IMG/VR virus record: IMGVR_UViG_3300037856_000060
Location: 1-46,681 of that record
DNA: 46,681 nt
Origin: a virus
Taxonomy: Duplodnaviria; Caudoviricetes
Direction: 5' to 3' (one strand)
Shown: one piece after another, positions 7,900 to 18,097 of the stretch
How the letters are laid out: each line of letters opens with the position of its first letter
Numbering within the stretch: the stretch's first letter is position 1
Position numbers and translations under genes: made by a program
The notes under the pieces: generated by a model
What the model saw: only the letters and a program-made list of their open reading frames with translations
What the model was told of the DNA's origin: nothing
The model's database searches: none

Positions 7900-9744
7900 T
7901 TACGGCCCGATGGCCTCGACGTTCGTGATTTCCACCCAGATCGACAGCGCCGCGCCTGCCACGGCGCGGACGCGGACGTCGTAGGAGGTGCCGTCCACGA
8001 CATTGACATGGCCGAAGACCTTGTCCTCGCCATCGCGCACATCGGCGTCGACCAGCCCGCCAGCCTCGTATTCGGCTCCCACAGCTCGGAACTGCCACTC
8101 GTAGTCGGTCACCGCAGCACTCTCGCTCGGATCGAAGGCGAAGCGGATGCGCGCCTGCGCTCCCAGCGCGACTCCGGGTCCGGTGGTGGTGGAAAGCGCG
8201 CCTGGCGTCAGCACGCCCAGCCGCCACGGATCGAAAGGCGCGCCGTCGATGATGACCTGTTCCTCGGCTCCCGGATTCCAGGCAAAAACGGTCTCAGCGG
8301 TCTCAACCAGTTCGGCCGGGCAACGTAGCGCCACCCCGGCGCCACCCTGCTGCTCGGCCTCGCTCCCCAGCGGCGATGCTCCTGGGGCGATGCCGGTAAT
8401 CTCGAAGATTCCGCTGAGGCGGGCAAAGGGCGGGGGCAGCGCAAGCGTCACAACGCTGCCGGCCACGAGGTTGAACGCTTCGGGCGGAAGGGTGGCGCGC
8501 ACCTGGCGCTGCGCGCGCTGGCGCAGGGCGATGATCTTCTGCACGCGCATCGCCTGCGTGGGCGATGTGCAAAAAGGCAGTTCGACGTCGATCATCGTTT
8601 CCGCGCCGCCGTCCGCTGCGCGCGCCCCGGGCACCTCGTAGGGCAGCAACTCGGCCATGCGAGCGTCGCGCTCGAGCGAGACGTATGAGACCTTGACCAC
8701 GTTGGCGAGGTCGCGCCCCGGTCGCAGCCAGTCGTACTCGATCCCGTCGTCACCGAGGACCTGGTCGATGGTGGCGACCGGAGCGCGCCAGATCGCGGGC
8801 AGCAATCCAAGCCTGCCGCCCAGCCGCGTAAAGCGTGCCGCGGCGCTGATCATCATCGGCTCGAGCTGATCCTCGATTTCGGCACCGTCGAAGATCACCA
8901 CGCCGTTGGCGGTATAGCGCGGTTCGGGATCCTTCAGGTTACGGGCGACCAGCTGGTCCGAAACATCGGCGCTCCATTTGAAGCTCGCCATCAGGAGATT
9001 ATCGGTGCGATAGGCGCGCACAGGGCTCTGGCGCAGGGCATCGAGGATGCAGAGCGCGTGGTTGGCCGACCATGTCCATGTTGCGGGATCGTCAGCGTTT
9101 TGCGTGTCGTCGCGGGGATCCCAAACCTTGCAGCCGCGCAGCAGAACCTCGACCTCGGGCGGCACCCGGGGCCAGCGCTCGGTGCGCCCCTCATTCGGGC
9201 CCACATCGAGGCGCAGCCAAAGCACGGTGCAGCCTTGCCAGCCGTCGCTGTCAACAAAGAGGTCAGGAGCTTCGTCCAGGATCTGCGCTGGCGGGGCGAC
9301 CTGGTCACCGAGCCCGATCCAGACCCGAACGAAGGTCTGGAAGGGTGCCTCTGTTGCTGTCGCCCCACCGCCCGCCTCGAAGTCGAAGGCATCGCCAGAA
9401 AGCGTCAGTTCCCGCTTGTCGAGCCAGATGGTCTCGATCGATTCCGATGGTCGGCTGTTCAGAATCATGCAGGCGTAAAGGATCGGACCCTTTACCCGCA
9501 CTGGGGCCGGTGTGCCGTAGACGCGGGTCTCGCCATAGACGAAACGCTTTGCCGGAAGGCTGCGTGGCAGCGCAAGATCCCGCACGGTATCGGCGGTTGT
9601 GGTCTTGCGCCCACCTGAGAGCGCTGCGATCACATAGCTCAGCGCGACGTTGGTGAGGATGCCGCCTATGGCCGAAGCCACTGCGCTCGAGGCAAACCAC
9701 GCCTTCAGCGCTGCGATCCCTTCGACTATCCCGCCCATCGCCAC
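7900..9744 (-). CDS. Tail tip / host-specificity protein (gpJ-like)
   Basis: KRFVYGETRVYG, GCKVWDPRD...WTWSANHALCILD, Fn3-like C-terminus. Confidence 0.82.
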   Translation of the reverse strand: MAMGGIVEGIAALKAWFASSAVASAIGGILTNVALSYVIAALSGGRKTTTADTVRDLALPRSLPAKRFVYGETRVYGTPAPVRVKGPILYACMILNSRPSESIETIWLDKRELTLSGDAFDFEAGGGATATEAPFQTFVRVWIGLGDQVAPPAQILDEAPDLFVDSDGWQGCTVLWLRLDVGPNEGRTERWPRVPPEVEVLLRGCKVWDPRDDTQNADDPATWTWSANHALCILDALRQSPVRAYRTDNLLMASFKWSADVSDQLVARNLKDPEPRYTANGVVIFDGAEIEDQLEPMMISAAARFTRLGGRLGLLPAIWRAPVATIDQVLGDDGIEYDWLRPGRDLANVVKVSYVSLERDARMAELLPYEVPGARAADGGAETMIDVELPFCTSPTQAMRVQKIIALRQRAQRQVRATLPPEAFNLVAGSVVTLALPPPFARLSGIFEITGIAPGASPLGSEAEQQGGAGVALRCPAELVETAETVFAWNPGAEEQVIIDGAPFDPWRLGVLTPGALSTTTGPGVALGAQARIRFAFDPSESAAVTDYEWQFRAVGAEYEAGGLVDADVRDGEDKVFGHVNVVDGTSYDVRVRAVAGAALSIWVEITNVEAIGP

Positions 9745-10202
9745 CCCCTGCTGACCCGTGCGATCAGCGTCATTCCGCTCGGGCTCTTGACCGCCCAGAG
9801 ATCCCGGCCGACACAGATTGCCAGCGCCCGCCCGCCCGGGCCCAGCGCCACGCCGGGCAGTGAGACGCCGATATCCCCAGCCTCATAGGGCCCGCGCACG
9901 CGGGCGAGCCGCGCCTCGGCCGCCAGCCGCGAAGCAAGTGCCACCAGCCCGCCCGCGCGCACGATGTGGCGATAGGCCCCCTGTTCCGTGCTATAGCGTC
10001 CCCGCAGGCTGGCCATGGGATCGACGCCAGTGATCGCGGCGAAGACGTCGCAGGCGGCTGTGCAGCAATCCGCCTCGCCCCAGCGCCAACCGCGATCCAT
10101 GACGCTTTCGGCGATCTCCATCACGCGCGCAGCAGTGCGGTCGCGGGGCGCGAGGATGACGGGCGCCTCGGCGCTCAAGCCGCACGTCATGTCTCTGGCC
10201 AT
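9726..10202 (-). CDS. Tail assembly protein, NlpC/P60-like (gpK-like)
   Basis: WRWGEADCC..ACD...ITGVDP...RGRY and GDIG motifs; position in the tail-tip cluster. Confidence 0.75.
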   Translation of the reverse strand: MARDMTCGLSAEAPVILAPRDRTAARVMEIAESVMDRGWRWGEADCCTAACDVFAAITGVDPMASLRGRYSTEQGAYRHIVRAGGLVALASRLAAEARLARVRGPYEAGDIGVSLPGVALGPGGRALAICVGRDLWAVKSPSGMTLIARVSRGWRWAG

Positions 10203-10771
10203 GTCGCCGCCTCCGTGACGGCTTCGATACGGATCAGGTGTCGACCCGCTGTATCGCCGGGAAAGCGCGAGGCCTGGTCCTCGGCCGAGTGATAGACCGA
10301 GGCGCGCGCTCGCGCGGAGGGGCCGACGCCGATCTCGACGCGCACCGCGTTCACCATGTCGCCGCCCTCAGCCTCGATGCGCAAGCGCGCGGCGTCGACA
10401 TAGCCCGCCCACAGCTCGACCGGCTCACCGATCAGGACCGTGCCGCTTGGCTCGGTCACACAGCCTACGAGTATCCGGCAAGCGCGGTTGCGCGCGGTCG
10501 CTGTCTCGATGTCGTTGATATCGTCGTCCGAGACCCCGGAGATCGTCAGAGTGGCGCGCTGCGCCATCATGCCCGTGGCCTCCTGGGGCAGATCGATGCT
10601 GCCAAACTGCCCGACGCCGTGCCAGTCCGCAGCGTCCCATGCGATCACGCCCCGCCCGGAATGTGCGAAGACGGGATCGTCGGGCCAGTCGACGAAGACC
10701 AGCAAGACGGGATGAAAATGGCCCTTCAGCGCAGCGAGCATCTCAGGCGCAATACCGCGCGTCAGGTCCAC
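10187..10771 (-). CDS. Tail tip/hub protein (gpL-like)
   Basis: WHGVGQFGSI, LTISGV and EDQASRFPGD motifs; position. Confidence 0.7.
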   Translation of the reverse strand: MDLTRGIAPEMLAALKGHFHPVLLVFVDWPDDPVFAHSGRGVIAWDAADWHGVGQFGSIDLPQEATGMMAQRATLTISGVSDDDINDIETATARNRACRILVGCVTEPSGTVLIGEPVELWAGYVDAARLRIEAEGGDMVNAVRVEIGVGPSARARASVYHSAEDQASRFPGDTAGRHLIRIEAVTEAATWPET

Positions 10772-11496
10772 GGGTTTACCTCCAACATCTCGCCGCTCAC
10801 CTCGTCTGCGAAGACCTCCCGAAAACGCCAGGACAGGATCCAGTCGCCGCGAGTCGGCCGAGCGGTGCTGCCCATCTCCGTCGCCTCAAAGATCGCGGTC
10901 TCGCTCTCGCCGATCGACACGACGCCCTCGGGCAGTGGGTCGGTCAGGCGAAGCACCGCCACGCCGTCGCTGTCCGACCAGGCATCTATCGCGATCATTG
11001 CGGCGTCTGCGCCCACGCGCGCAAACTCACCGGCGCGCGCGACGTGGCGGTTCGCGGGCAGGCCGGTGACCGTGATAGTCGGGACATGGTCGACCATGCC
11101 GGGCACTCCGGAGAGGAGCGTGCCCGAGGCCCAGGCCAGATCCTCACCCTCGGCGAGCCAGTCGAGCGGAACCAGGTCCGCGCGCCAGATCAGCGGCACG
11201 CTGCCGCGATCAGGATCAACGATCGGCGCGCCGCCGTAATTTACCGGGTAGCTGGTAAGCCGCACCAGGTGAACGCCGCCGCGCAGGTATCGCTTCAGCG
11301 CCTCCATCATGCCGGCAGCTGCCCCGTTGCCCGATCGAGCCGAGACCTGCATGGCGGCCAGCCTGCGCCTCCGCAGTGCGCTCGAGGTGCGACGCGCGCC
11401 TGTTGGCCAGCTGACCGAGCGCGAAACGGGATCCTCGATCGTCCAGAGGGCCTGCGTCACGCCCACGGGCGGCCAGGCGTAGATCTTCGTCACCAT
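10762..11496 (-). CDS. Distal tail protein
   Basis: Immediately after the tape measure gene; likely start MVTKIYAWPP at 11496. Confidence 0.65.
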   Translation of the reverse strand: MVTKIYAWPPVGVTQALWTIEDPVSRSVSWPTGARRTSSALRRRRLAAMQVSARSGNGAAAGMMEALKRYLRGGVHLVRLTSYPVNYGGAPIVDPDRGSVPLIWRADLVPLDWLAEGEDLAWASGTLLSGVPGMVDHVPTITVTGLPANRHVARAGEFARVGADAAMIAIDAWSDSDGVAVLRLTDPLPEGVVSIGESETAIFEATEMGSTARPTRGDWILSWRFREVFADEVSGEMLEVNPWT

Positions 11497-11500
11497 GCGA

Positions 11501-13987
11501 TCACCCGAGGAACTTCCTGGACTCGGAACTGAGCGTGCGCACGGCCGCAACGGACTCGCGCACGATGCCCGGAGCCCGACGCAGCACGACCCGGTCTGCC
11601 CCCTCTGCGACGCGCGCGTCGAGCATGTCCCCGCGCAGTTCGACAACGACGCGCGCCTCCTGTCGGGCTGCGTCGCGATCAGCCCCGCGGCGCACCTCGT
11701 CGCGCGACCAGACCCGTTCTCCGCGTTGCAGGATCGAGGGCACCTCGTCCGGGCGCAGGTTCAGATCGATGCCGTTGTGAAAGCGCGGCGCATTGGCAAA
11801 GACGTGAGGTGACACATCGCGGCGCATCCCGGCCGCGCCGACTTCGCCGCCGCGGTGGTAGACCGACGCGGTCACCAGCGGATTGCCGAACTCTCGCACC
11901 CCGCCGATACCGCCGCCGAATACGCCAGAGAGCGCGCTGGCGAGCGGGCCGAGGATGGTGCGTCGGGCAACGAGGACCGCCAGATCTGCCAGAATCGAGC
12001 GGACGAGGCTCTTGAAGTCGGCCTTCCCGGTCATCACGAACTGCCGGATCGCGCCCTCGGCACCCTGAAAGCCTTTCGTGATCGTCTCATTCACGCCTTT
12101 CTGCAAGTCGATCGCGTTCAGCGCATAGTCCTGCAGGGAATTGGTCATCTTGCTGGTGTTGTCAGCGGCTGTCTGAGCCGCTTCACCCGCTGCCTCGAGA
12201 GCGGCCTTCGCGGCACCGCCCGCGCTCCCCGCCGCCGTTTCGACCCTGTTCAATTGCGAAATGTACCCATCGAGCGCCTGCTGTCGCTCGAGGACGGCTT
12301 TCTTCATCGCGACTTCGTTGTTGATCGTCTCGAGGATGAAGAATTCCTGACGCGATGCGGGATCAGCCTCAGCGAGCCCGTACTGGAGCTCCTTCTCCGC
12401 GCGGAACTGCTTCAGCGCGACTTCGTTGGCGTCAGCGCCCCTTTCGGCAGCAGCCAGACCGGCATCAAGGATCTTCGCTTGCTCCTCGAGCGATCGAAGA
12501 GCGGCAGGGGCTTGTCCCAGCGCCGCCGTCAGTTGCTGCGCCCGCGCCACAGCACCGCCAAGGCTGGAGGTCAGCTGGTTGGTGGCGCGCGTTGCAACAT
12601 TGACTGGCGCAGCTGGATCCGCATCCTCAAGTTCCTTCAGCCTAGTCGACGCAGCGATGATCTCAGCGCGCAGCTTGACCACCTCATCGCGAGCTGCCGC
12701 GACATTCTCTGCCATCGCGTTTTCTTGCGCCGGGATCTCCACACCGGACATGAGCACGGAGGATCGGTATTCTTGCTCGTATGCCTCCATCAGGCGAAGT
12801 GACGCTTCGGCGCTTTCGAGCTTGGCACGAGCGTTCGCAATGTAGTCCTTTGTGGCAGCCACCGCCTCGGCGCGCGCGCCTGGTCCACTGTCTTGGGCGA
12901 AGATGTTGAGCGCGTCATTCATGCGCCCTTGCGCCTCGGTCACCTCGTCAGCGGCCCCTGCAAACAATCCGCTGCGATAGGCCAGTTCCCCCAGCGCCAG
13001 GACAGCAACGCCCCAGCCGGTGCGGACCATTGCCGCGCGCGAGGCCAACAAGGCGCGTGTCATGCCAGCAACCGCGACGGTGGCAGCAATTGCGGCAGGC
13101 GCCAGCGAGATCGCGAGCGCGCCGGCCGCGACCGCGGCATAGGCCCCAAGGCGATCGAGGTTGTCGAGCACCGTGCCAAGGGCACTGCCGAAAGGACCTG
13201 CGGCGCGCGCAGCTGCGGCCATCGCGTTCGCAAGTCCCTCGAGCACCGGCGCCACGGCGACGGTCAGCTGGTTTGCGAATCCACGCCAGACCAGGCCGAG
13301 CCGCGAGAGCGCGTCATTCGTCCGTTCGATCTGCGCAGCGTCATCTTGCGAGACCGCAACGCCGAAGTCGCGCACATCCCGTGTCGCTGTGCGCAATGTC
13401 GCGGTGTCGATGCGCGTGAACACGAGCCCGGCGCGATCGCCAAACAGCTGCGACGCCACCGACGCGCGCTCCGCCTCGGGCACGAATTGTTCCAGCGCTC
13501 CCTGGATGACTGCGATGCGCTCATCGAGCGGTAGCGCTTGCAGGTCCTCGGCTGACAGCTTCAGACGGTCCAGCGCCGCCACCGCGGGCCCCGTCCCGCT
13601 CGCGGCCTGCGATAGACGGCGCGTCAACTGTATCGTGGCCTGCTCTACCTGCCCCATCGAAACGCCAGCAAGATCACCGGCGCGCTCAAGGATCTGCATG
13701 CTTTCGACGGTTGTTCCCAGCGATGCTGCCAGCTTGGCTTGCGCGTCGATGGTCTGCAGTCCCGACCGGACCATCGCAACACCAGCGGCCACAGTTGCGG
13801 TGGCGATGGCAGCAGCTGCGATCTTCGCCCGGCGCGCAAAAGCGGCCAGCTGCTGGTTGGTGCGGTCGGCCGACCGTCCGACCTTGTCGAAGGCCTCGTC
13901 GCCCGAGCGGCCCACTCCCTCGAACTCGCTTCGGACCTGACGACCGCCCTCAGCGCCGAGGCGAACAGATACGCGCTTCTCAGCCAT
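11501..13987 (-). CDS. Tape measure protein
   Basis: 828-aa Ala-rich helical protein; MAEKRVSVRL start; FVMTGKADFKSLVRSILADL and PRFH...EVPSILQRGERV C-terminal motifs. Confidence 0.93.
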   Translation of the reverse strand: MAEKRVSVRLGAEGGRQVRSEFEGVGRSGDEAFDKVGRSADRTNQQLAAFARRAKIAAAAIATATVAAGVAMVRSGLQTIDAQAKLAASLGTTVESMQILERAGDLAGVSMGQVEQATIQLTRRLSQAASGTGPAVAALDRLKLSAEDLQALPLDERIAVIQGALEQFVPEAERASVASQLFGDRAGLVFTRIDTATLRTATRDVRDFGVAVSQDDAAQIERTNDALSRLGLVWRGFANQLTVAVAPVLEGLANAMAAAARAAGPFGSALGTVLDNLDRLGAYAAVAAGALAISLAPAAIAATVAVAGMTRALLASRAAMVRTGWGVAVLALGELAYRSGLFAGAADEVTEAQGRMNDALNIFAQDSGPGARAEAVAATKDYIANARAKLESAEASLRLMEAYEQEYRSSVLMSGVEIPAQENAMAENVAAARDEVVKLRAEIIAASTRLKELEDADPAAPVNVATRATNQLTSSLGGAVARAQQLTAALGQAPAALRSLEEQAKILDAGLAAAERGADANEVALKQFRAEKELQYGLAEADPASRQEFFILETINNEVAMKKAVLERQQALDGYISQLNRVETAAGSAGGAAKAALEAAGEAAQTAADNTSKMTNSLQDYALNAIDLQKGVNETITKGFQGAEGAIRQFVMTGKADFKSLVRSILADLAVLVARRTILGPLASALSGVFGGGIGGVREFGNPLVTASVYHRGGEVGAAGMRRDVSPHVFANAPRFHNGIDLNLRPDEVPSILQRGERVWSRDEVRRGADRDAARQEARVVVELRGDMLDARVAEGADRVVLRRAPGIVRESVAAVRTLSSESRKFLG

Positions 13988-14306
13988 GCTCAGCCTCCTT
14001 TGTCTCGGTGATCTTGCGCACCATGGCGCCTTCTATGATCGGCAGTAGCTCGGCCACCGCTCGTCTGTTGATGCCCAGCGCCCTGGCCATGGCCAGTGCT
14101 GCCGTCATGTCGTAGCCAAGGAGCACCTGCCCGTTCACGCGCAACTGCCCGCCGAGCTTGCGCGCCAGCGCCCAGACCTCGCGGCCCTCGAACGTTTGTG
14201 GTTTGTTCAGGATGCGCGGGCAGGCTTCGCACGGCTGCGGGCAGGCCTGGCAGTAGTCTGCGCCCCCGCCGAACTCCCATTCGGCGAGGGCGTAGAGCCG
14301 TTTCCC
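13980..14306 (-). CDS. Tail assembly chaperone GT extension (-1 frameshift frame)
   Basis: Open frame from the GGGAAAC heptamer: KRLYALAEWEFGGGADYCQACPQPCEACPR...AELLPIIEGAMVRKITETKEAEHG-stop, overlapping the tape measure start. Absent from the ORF track. Confidence 0.75.
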   Translation of the reverse strand, partial: GKRLYALAEWEFGGGADYCQACPQPCEACPRILNKPQTFEGREVWALARKLGGQLRVNGQVLLGYDMTAALAMARALGINRRAVAELLPIIEGAMVRKITETKEAEHG

Positions 14307-14644
14307 TCAGCACTCAGCGCGAAGAGCCCTGAGACGTACTGCGCCTGGAACGCCTCGAAGATCGGCCAGATGTTCATCAACTGGTCGATGGCGGCAGGGC
14401 TCGGCTCGATCGGCTCGCCCGCGGCATCGCCGACACCCTCCCACGCAACGATGACGCGCCGCGCGATGGCCTTTGCCACGACTGCCCCGACGCGGCGTGT
14501 GCTCAGCGCCGGATCGACGGCAAGCACTTCCGGATCGGACTGCGCGTCAATCATGGCGTCAGTGCTGTACGGCAGGCACTGGATGCGAACGCCGCCCGGC
14601 ATGTCCAGCCAGCGGGGATTGTTGCTGAGATCAAGGCGCAGCAT
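14207..14644 (-). CDS. Tail assembly chaperone (gpG-like)
   Basis: MLRLDLSNNPRWLD start coupled to the tail tube stop (TGATG); IVAWEGVGDAAG motif. Confidence 0.8.
   Translation of the reverse strand: MLRLDLSNNPRWLDMPGGVRIQCLPYSTDAMIDAQSDPEVLAVDPALSTRRVGAVVAKAIARRVIVAWEGVGDAAGEPIEPSPAAIDQLMNIWPIFEAFQAQYVSGLFALSAEGNGSTPSPNGSSAGAQTTARPARSRAKPARAS
14300..14306 (-). other. Slippery heptamer G GGA AAC for programmed -1 frameshift
   Basis: X XXY YYZ in the correct reading phase of the chaperone gene (GAG GGA AAC). Confidence 0.78.
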
Positions 14645-15585
14645 CAGTAGGACGACTTCGCATTGACCAGCGTGACGGTGCACATCGGGTCTCCGTCCGA
14701 TTGCTGCGCCGCCTGCCAGTCGAAGGTCGCCTGCACGCCAGCCGGTCCGTTCACGGCAAGTCGTGGCCGCGGCAGAAACACCCGGTGCGCAACGAATGTC
14801 AGGCTGGTGTCGGCGTCGATCACGTAGGAAAACTCCAGATCGCAGGCCTCGCCGTTGATCGCCTGGGTCACGAGGGTCTGGTCTGCGAAGCGCACCTCGA
14901 TGCGTCCGGTCAGCGCCGCGATGGATGGGTCGGCGCCGTCGATCTTGCCATCCGAACGGATCGTCTCGATGCGATCGAGGTTGTTGGCGTAAGTGATCTC
15001 CGACGAGACGACGTTGGCGAGCGCGGTATTATTGCGCTTGATCGCTCCGTTGAAGTGACCGAAGCGCTGCAGCGGCAAGCTGGTGAGCGAGCCAGCCGCA
15101 GACGACCCGACAGGCGTCTCGCCCTGAGCCACCAGCTGCGCGGTGGCGGTCAAAAGGCCCGAGCGCTGCATCGTCCATGAAAGCTGGTCGAGCTTGCAGC
15201 CGGCGTACATCGCATAGCGCGGCACTTCAGGCATGCCGACCTCGATCGACATCGACGGCAAGTCCCAGCTGCCCGAAGTGAAAACATGGGTGAAGACGCC
15301 GCTCTCCTCGGTGGTGACCGGGGCGCCGAAGGCCGCCTTCAGCCAGAAGCCGAAGGCCTGCGCGTCGATCGGCACGACAACATCGCCGTCAGCCGTCACC
15401 GCGTCCTTGATCGGCGCCAGCGGGTCGCGGCCATAGCCCAGAAGCTCATTGGCCTGCAGAGGCTGGTCTGCACCAAGTGAAGCCGTGGCAAAGGGCATCC
15501 GCGTGAAGCCCGAGACCGGGGTGGTGCCGTAGGTGGTTTCGAACGCCAGCGCCATCAGCGCGCGCGCGCCTTGAGCTCGTGCCAT
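14644..15585 (-). CDS. Major tail tube protein
   Basis: MARAQGARALMALAFETTYG, ELLGYGRDPL, GPAGVQATFDWQAA; position. Confidence 0.88.
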   Translation of the reverse strand: MARAQGARALMALAFETTYGTTPVSGFTRMPFATASLGADQPLQANELLGYGRDPLAPIKDAVTADGDVVVPIDAQAFGFWLKAAFGAPVTTEESGVFTHVFTSGSWDLPSMSIEVGMPEVPRYAMYAGCKLDQLSWTMQRSGLLTATAQLVAQGETPVGSSAAGSLTSLPLQRFGHFNGAIKRNNTALANVVSSEITYANNLDRIETIRSDGKIDGADPSIAALTGRIEVRFADQTLVTQAINGEACDLEFSYVIDADTSLTFVAHRVFLPRPRLAVNGPAGVQATFDWQAAQQSDGDPMCTVTLVNAKSSY

Positions 15586-15602
15586 GGGTCAGTCCTTTCG
15601 GG

Positions 15603-16046
15603 TCAGAGCAATGTGTCGGTGGTGGAGTAGATCAGGATCACAGGGACGACCGCCGCCTTGATCGCCTCGGCTCCTTCGATCGGCAGATCGACCGAGCCGG
15701 GCGCTTCGGCCTCGATCCAGTCGCACAAGCCACCCAGCGTTCGATCGCTCGCGAGGGCCGTGCCCAGTTGCACCAGAAGCGCGTCGAAGGCCGCGGCCCG
15801 GTCGATTCCGTCTTGCACGAAGACTTCGACCTCGGCGCGGTGCTCGTAATGATAGGCGAGCGGCGACAGCGTGACCTCGGGCGCGCCCGGATCGCCATCG
15901 CGGATAATCACGAGTCCGTCTGCAGGCATGGTTTCGGGCACCACCTCGTCGCGCAAGACCGGCGCATCGATCGCCGCTGCCAGCAGGGCGTGCAGCGCGT
16001 CAAGAACGCTCTCGCGCTTCGACTGGACCGGATCGGGATCAGGCAT
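15603..16046 (-). CDS. Tail terminator protein (gpU-like)
   Basis: RESVLDALHALL...DRTLGGLCDW; directly upstream of the tail tube gene. Confidence 0.72.
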   Translation of the reverse strand: MPDPDPVQSKRESVLDALHALLAAAIDAPVLRDEVVPETMPADGLVIIRDGDPGAPEVTLSPLAYHYEHRAEVEVFVQDGIDRAAAFDALLVQLGTALASDRTLGGLCDWIEAEAPGSVDLPIEGAEAIKAAVVPVILIYSTTDTLL

Positions 16047-16672
16047 CAGGCATCCTCCAGCCAGTTGCGCACGATCGCGGACGGGATGCCGGCCTGCGCG
16101 CGCGCGGCACTGCGCGCCAGATCAAGCCGCTTGGCGAGCTTCGTTTGCGGCACCAGCACGAACACCGGCACTGTCGCCACACCGCGCCCTGTCTTCGAGC
16201 GCGATGCCGCCACCGTGCCGCGCCCCGACAGACGCCCCTCGGCGACCAGCAGGCTTGCGGCTCCGCGCCGATAGACGAAGCGCAGGCGCAGGCCGGTCTT
16301 CTTCTCGAACTCGCCCGGGGTGATCCGGCCGCCGCGCCGCCCCTTGCCCGCGGCCGGGGTCGGGATCGCCAGCCAGAAGCCGTCGCGCGAGCGGATCAGC
16401 GGACCCTCAGCATGCGCGCCGACGATGACCGGTGCGTTCGACCAGACCAGTGCGGCGGCGTTGATGCTGTTGCCCGCGCGCGGGAACGACCGGCTGCGGA
16501 TGGTGCGTGCCAGTCGCTGGCCAAGCCCTCCCCGCGTGATCTCGCCGCGCCAGTCAGCCTTCAGCGCCTCGCCGGCCTGGCGGAACGAGATCGTGACCGC
16601 CTTCTCACCCTTGGCCAGCTCGCGCGCCAGGAACGCGCCTACCGAGGACGAGGTCTCGACGGAGAGCTTCAT
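16046..16672 (-). CDS. Neck/tail completion protein (gpZ/HK97 gp10-like)
   Basis: Basic 208-aa protein with FWLAIPT motif, between the head-tail joining and terminator genes. Confidence 0.65.
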   Translation of the reverse strand: MKLSVETSSSVGAFLARELAKGEKAVTISFRQAGEALKADWRGEITRGGLGQRLARTIRSRSFPRAGNSINAAALVWSNAPVIVGAHAEGPLIRSRDGFWLAIPTPAAGKGRRGGRITPGEFEKKTGLRLRFVYRRGAASLLVAEGRLSGRGTVAASRSKTGRGVATVPVFVLVPQTKLAKRLDLARSAARAQAGIPSAIVRNWLEDA

Positions 16673-16986
16673 GGCGCCGGCCGGGTGTTGATCGTCCAGG
16701 TAAGCCGCTCGCGATCGCGCTTCGGCTCGCCCTGGACGATGAACTCTTCCGATCCGACCACCAACTTGTCGCCCCTGGCGATGGTCGGGACCTCGGAACA
16801 GCGCGCGTCGAAGATCGTGGTCTCCGACAGGATACGCGCGGCGCCGAATTGCGTCTCGACGTCCGGTGCGCGCCGGATCAGGCGCACGGGGACGCCGGGC
16901 GGCTCACCCTCGGCGAGCCAGAGAGCATCCACCGCCATGTTCGGATCGGTGAAGATCGCATCCATGGCGGTGGCAAAGATCGACAT
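16669..16986 (-). CDS. Head-tail joining protein (gpFII-like)
   Basis: MSIFATAMDAIFTDPNMA start; position after the capsid gene. Confidence 0.72.
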   Translation of the reverse strand: MSIFATAMDAIFTDPNMAVDALWLAEGEPPGVPVRLIRRAPDVETQFGAARILSETTIFDARCSEVPTIARGDKLVVGSEEFIVQGEPKRDRERLTWTINTRPAP

Positions 16987-16999
16987 GGGGGAGCGTCGA

Positions 17000-18025
17000 T
17001 CAGTTCGAGGTGTGGATGCGCACAGCAATGCGCGGGCGCTTGTTCACCGGCAGGATCGAGGCCTCCGTCATGAGGTCGATCCAGCGGCCCTTCTCGTCGA
17101 GGTGCTGGCGCGCGTACATCGGCAGGCCGATGGTGTTCGCGGTCTCAAGGAGGTTCGCGGGCGCCCCATAGGTCGTGAAGGTGTCAAAGGTGCCCAGCGG
17201 GAAGGCGATGCCTTCCTGCGCGGGGACAAGGCGCTCCACCGCCTTGGTCGAGAGCGTGACGGCACCGTTGTATTCCTCGAACACGATGCCGTTAAAGGGG
17301 AAGAACCGACGCACATCGTCGCGCAGCGGCTGGGCCCCGGACGCGGCGAAGTAGCGATAGGCTTCCTGCACCTTGCTGTGCGCGATCAGCTTGTCGAAGA
17401 ACTCGCGGCTGACCAGCGCATGGACCGAGGACATGGTCTCGCCCAGCAGGTTGTCCTCGACCGCGCGCAGCACCTCGCGCACCTTGCCCGCGACATTGGT
17501 GCCGGCGGTACCGAGCGCGAAGTCGACGGAGATCTGCGCGAGGCCGAACTCGGTGAAGTAGTTGTAGAGCGTGGTGCCTGCACCGTCCTTCACGATGCCG
17601 CGCAGCGCGTTCATCTCCATGTACTCGCGGGTCTGCATGTGCTTGCGCTGCATCAGCGAAAGCTTGCGCGCGACCAGGTCGGCCAGCGGATCGGCGCCGT
17701 TCACCGGGCCGAAGGCCGGAACGCCCTGGATATCAGACGGCAGGATCTTGTCGTCATGCGGGATCCACGGGCAGACGAAGGACCGCATCGAGCGGCTTTC
17801 GCGATTGCCGACGGTTGCGGGTGCATCGAGCGGGACCGAGGGCAGCAGGTTCAGAACGCCTTCGCTCTGCTCGATGATCACCGACCGCTGGGTCACGCCC
17901 TCGAAGCGAAAGAGGCCGAGTGCTGCCAGGCGGCTGTACTGGTTGGGCAGGATGTTGATGGCCTGCGTCATCTCGGCCAGCGAATAGCCGCCGGCGTCGA
18001 AGGGGTTACGGACGATCGCGTTCAT
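17000..18025 (-). CDS. Major capsid protein (lambda gpE family)
   Basis: 341 aa; LAEMTQAINILP, TREYMEMNALRG, FTTYGAPA...ANTIGLPMY. Confidence 0.92.
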   Translation of the reverse strand: MNAIVRNPFDAGGYSLAEMTQAINILPNQYSRLAALGLFRFEGVTQRSVIIEQSEGVLNLLPSVPLDAPATVGNRESRSMRSFVCPWIPHDDKILPSDIQGVPAFGPVNGADPLADLVARKLSLMQRKHMQTREYMEMNALRGIVKDGAGTTLYNYFTEFGLAQISVDFALGTAGTNVAGKVREVLRAVEDNLLGETMSSVHALVSREFFDKLIAHSKVQEAYRYFAASGAQPLRDDVRRFFPFNGIVFEEYNGAVTLSTKAVERLVPAQEGIAFPLGTFDTFTTYGAPANLLETANTIGLPMYARQHLDEKGRWIDLMTEASILPVNKRPRIAVRIHTSN

Positions 18026-18097
18026 CTTGGGTCTCCGAGTGATAAAGGGGACGGATCAGCGCGGCTGCATGCAAGCCGCACCGGTGTCGTGCGGGCG

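Noticed and set aside
5911-8328. 805-aa plus-strand ORF
   Set aside because: Antisense shadow of tail and spike genes; Arg/Gly-rich with no motifs, as expected in high-GC DNA.
13990-14313. 107-aa listed ORF as the second tail chaperone
   Set aside because: Wrong frame; the protein-like sequence is in the -1 frame ending at 13980.
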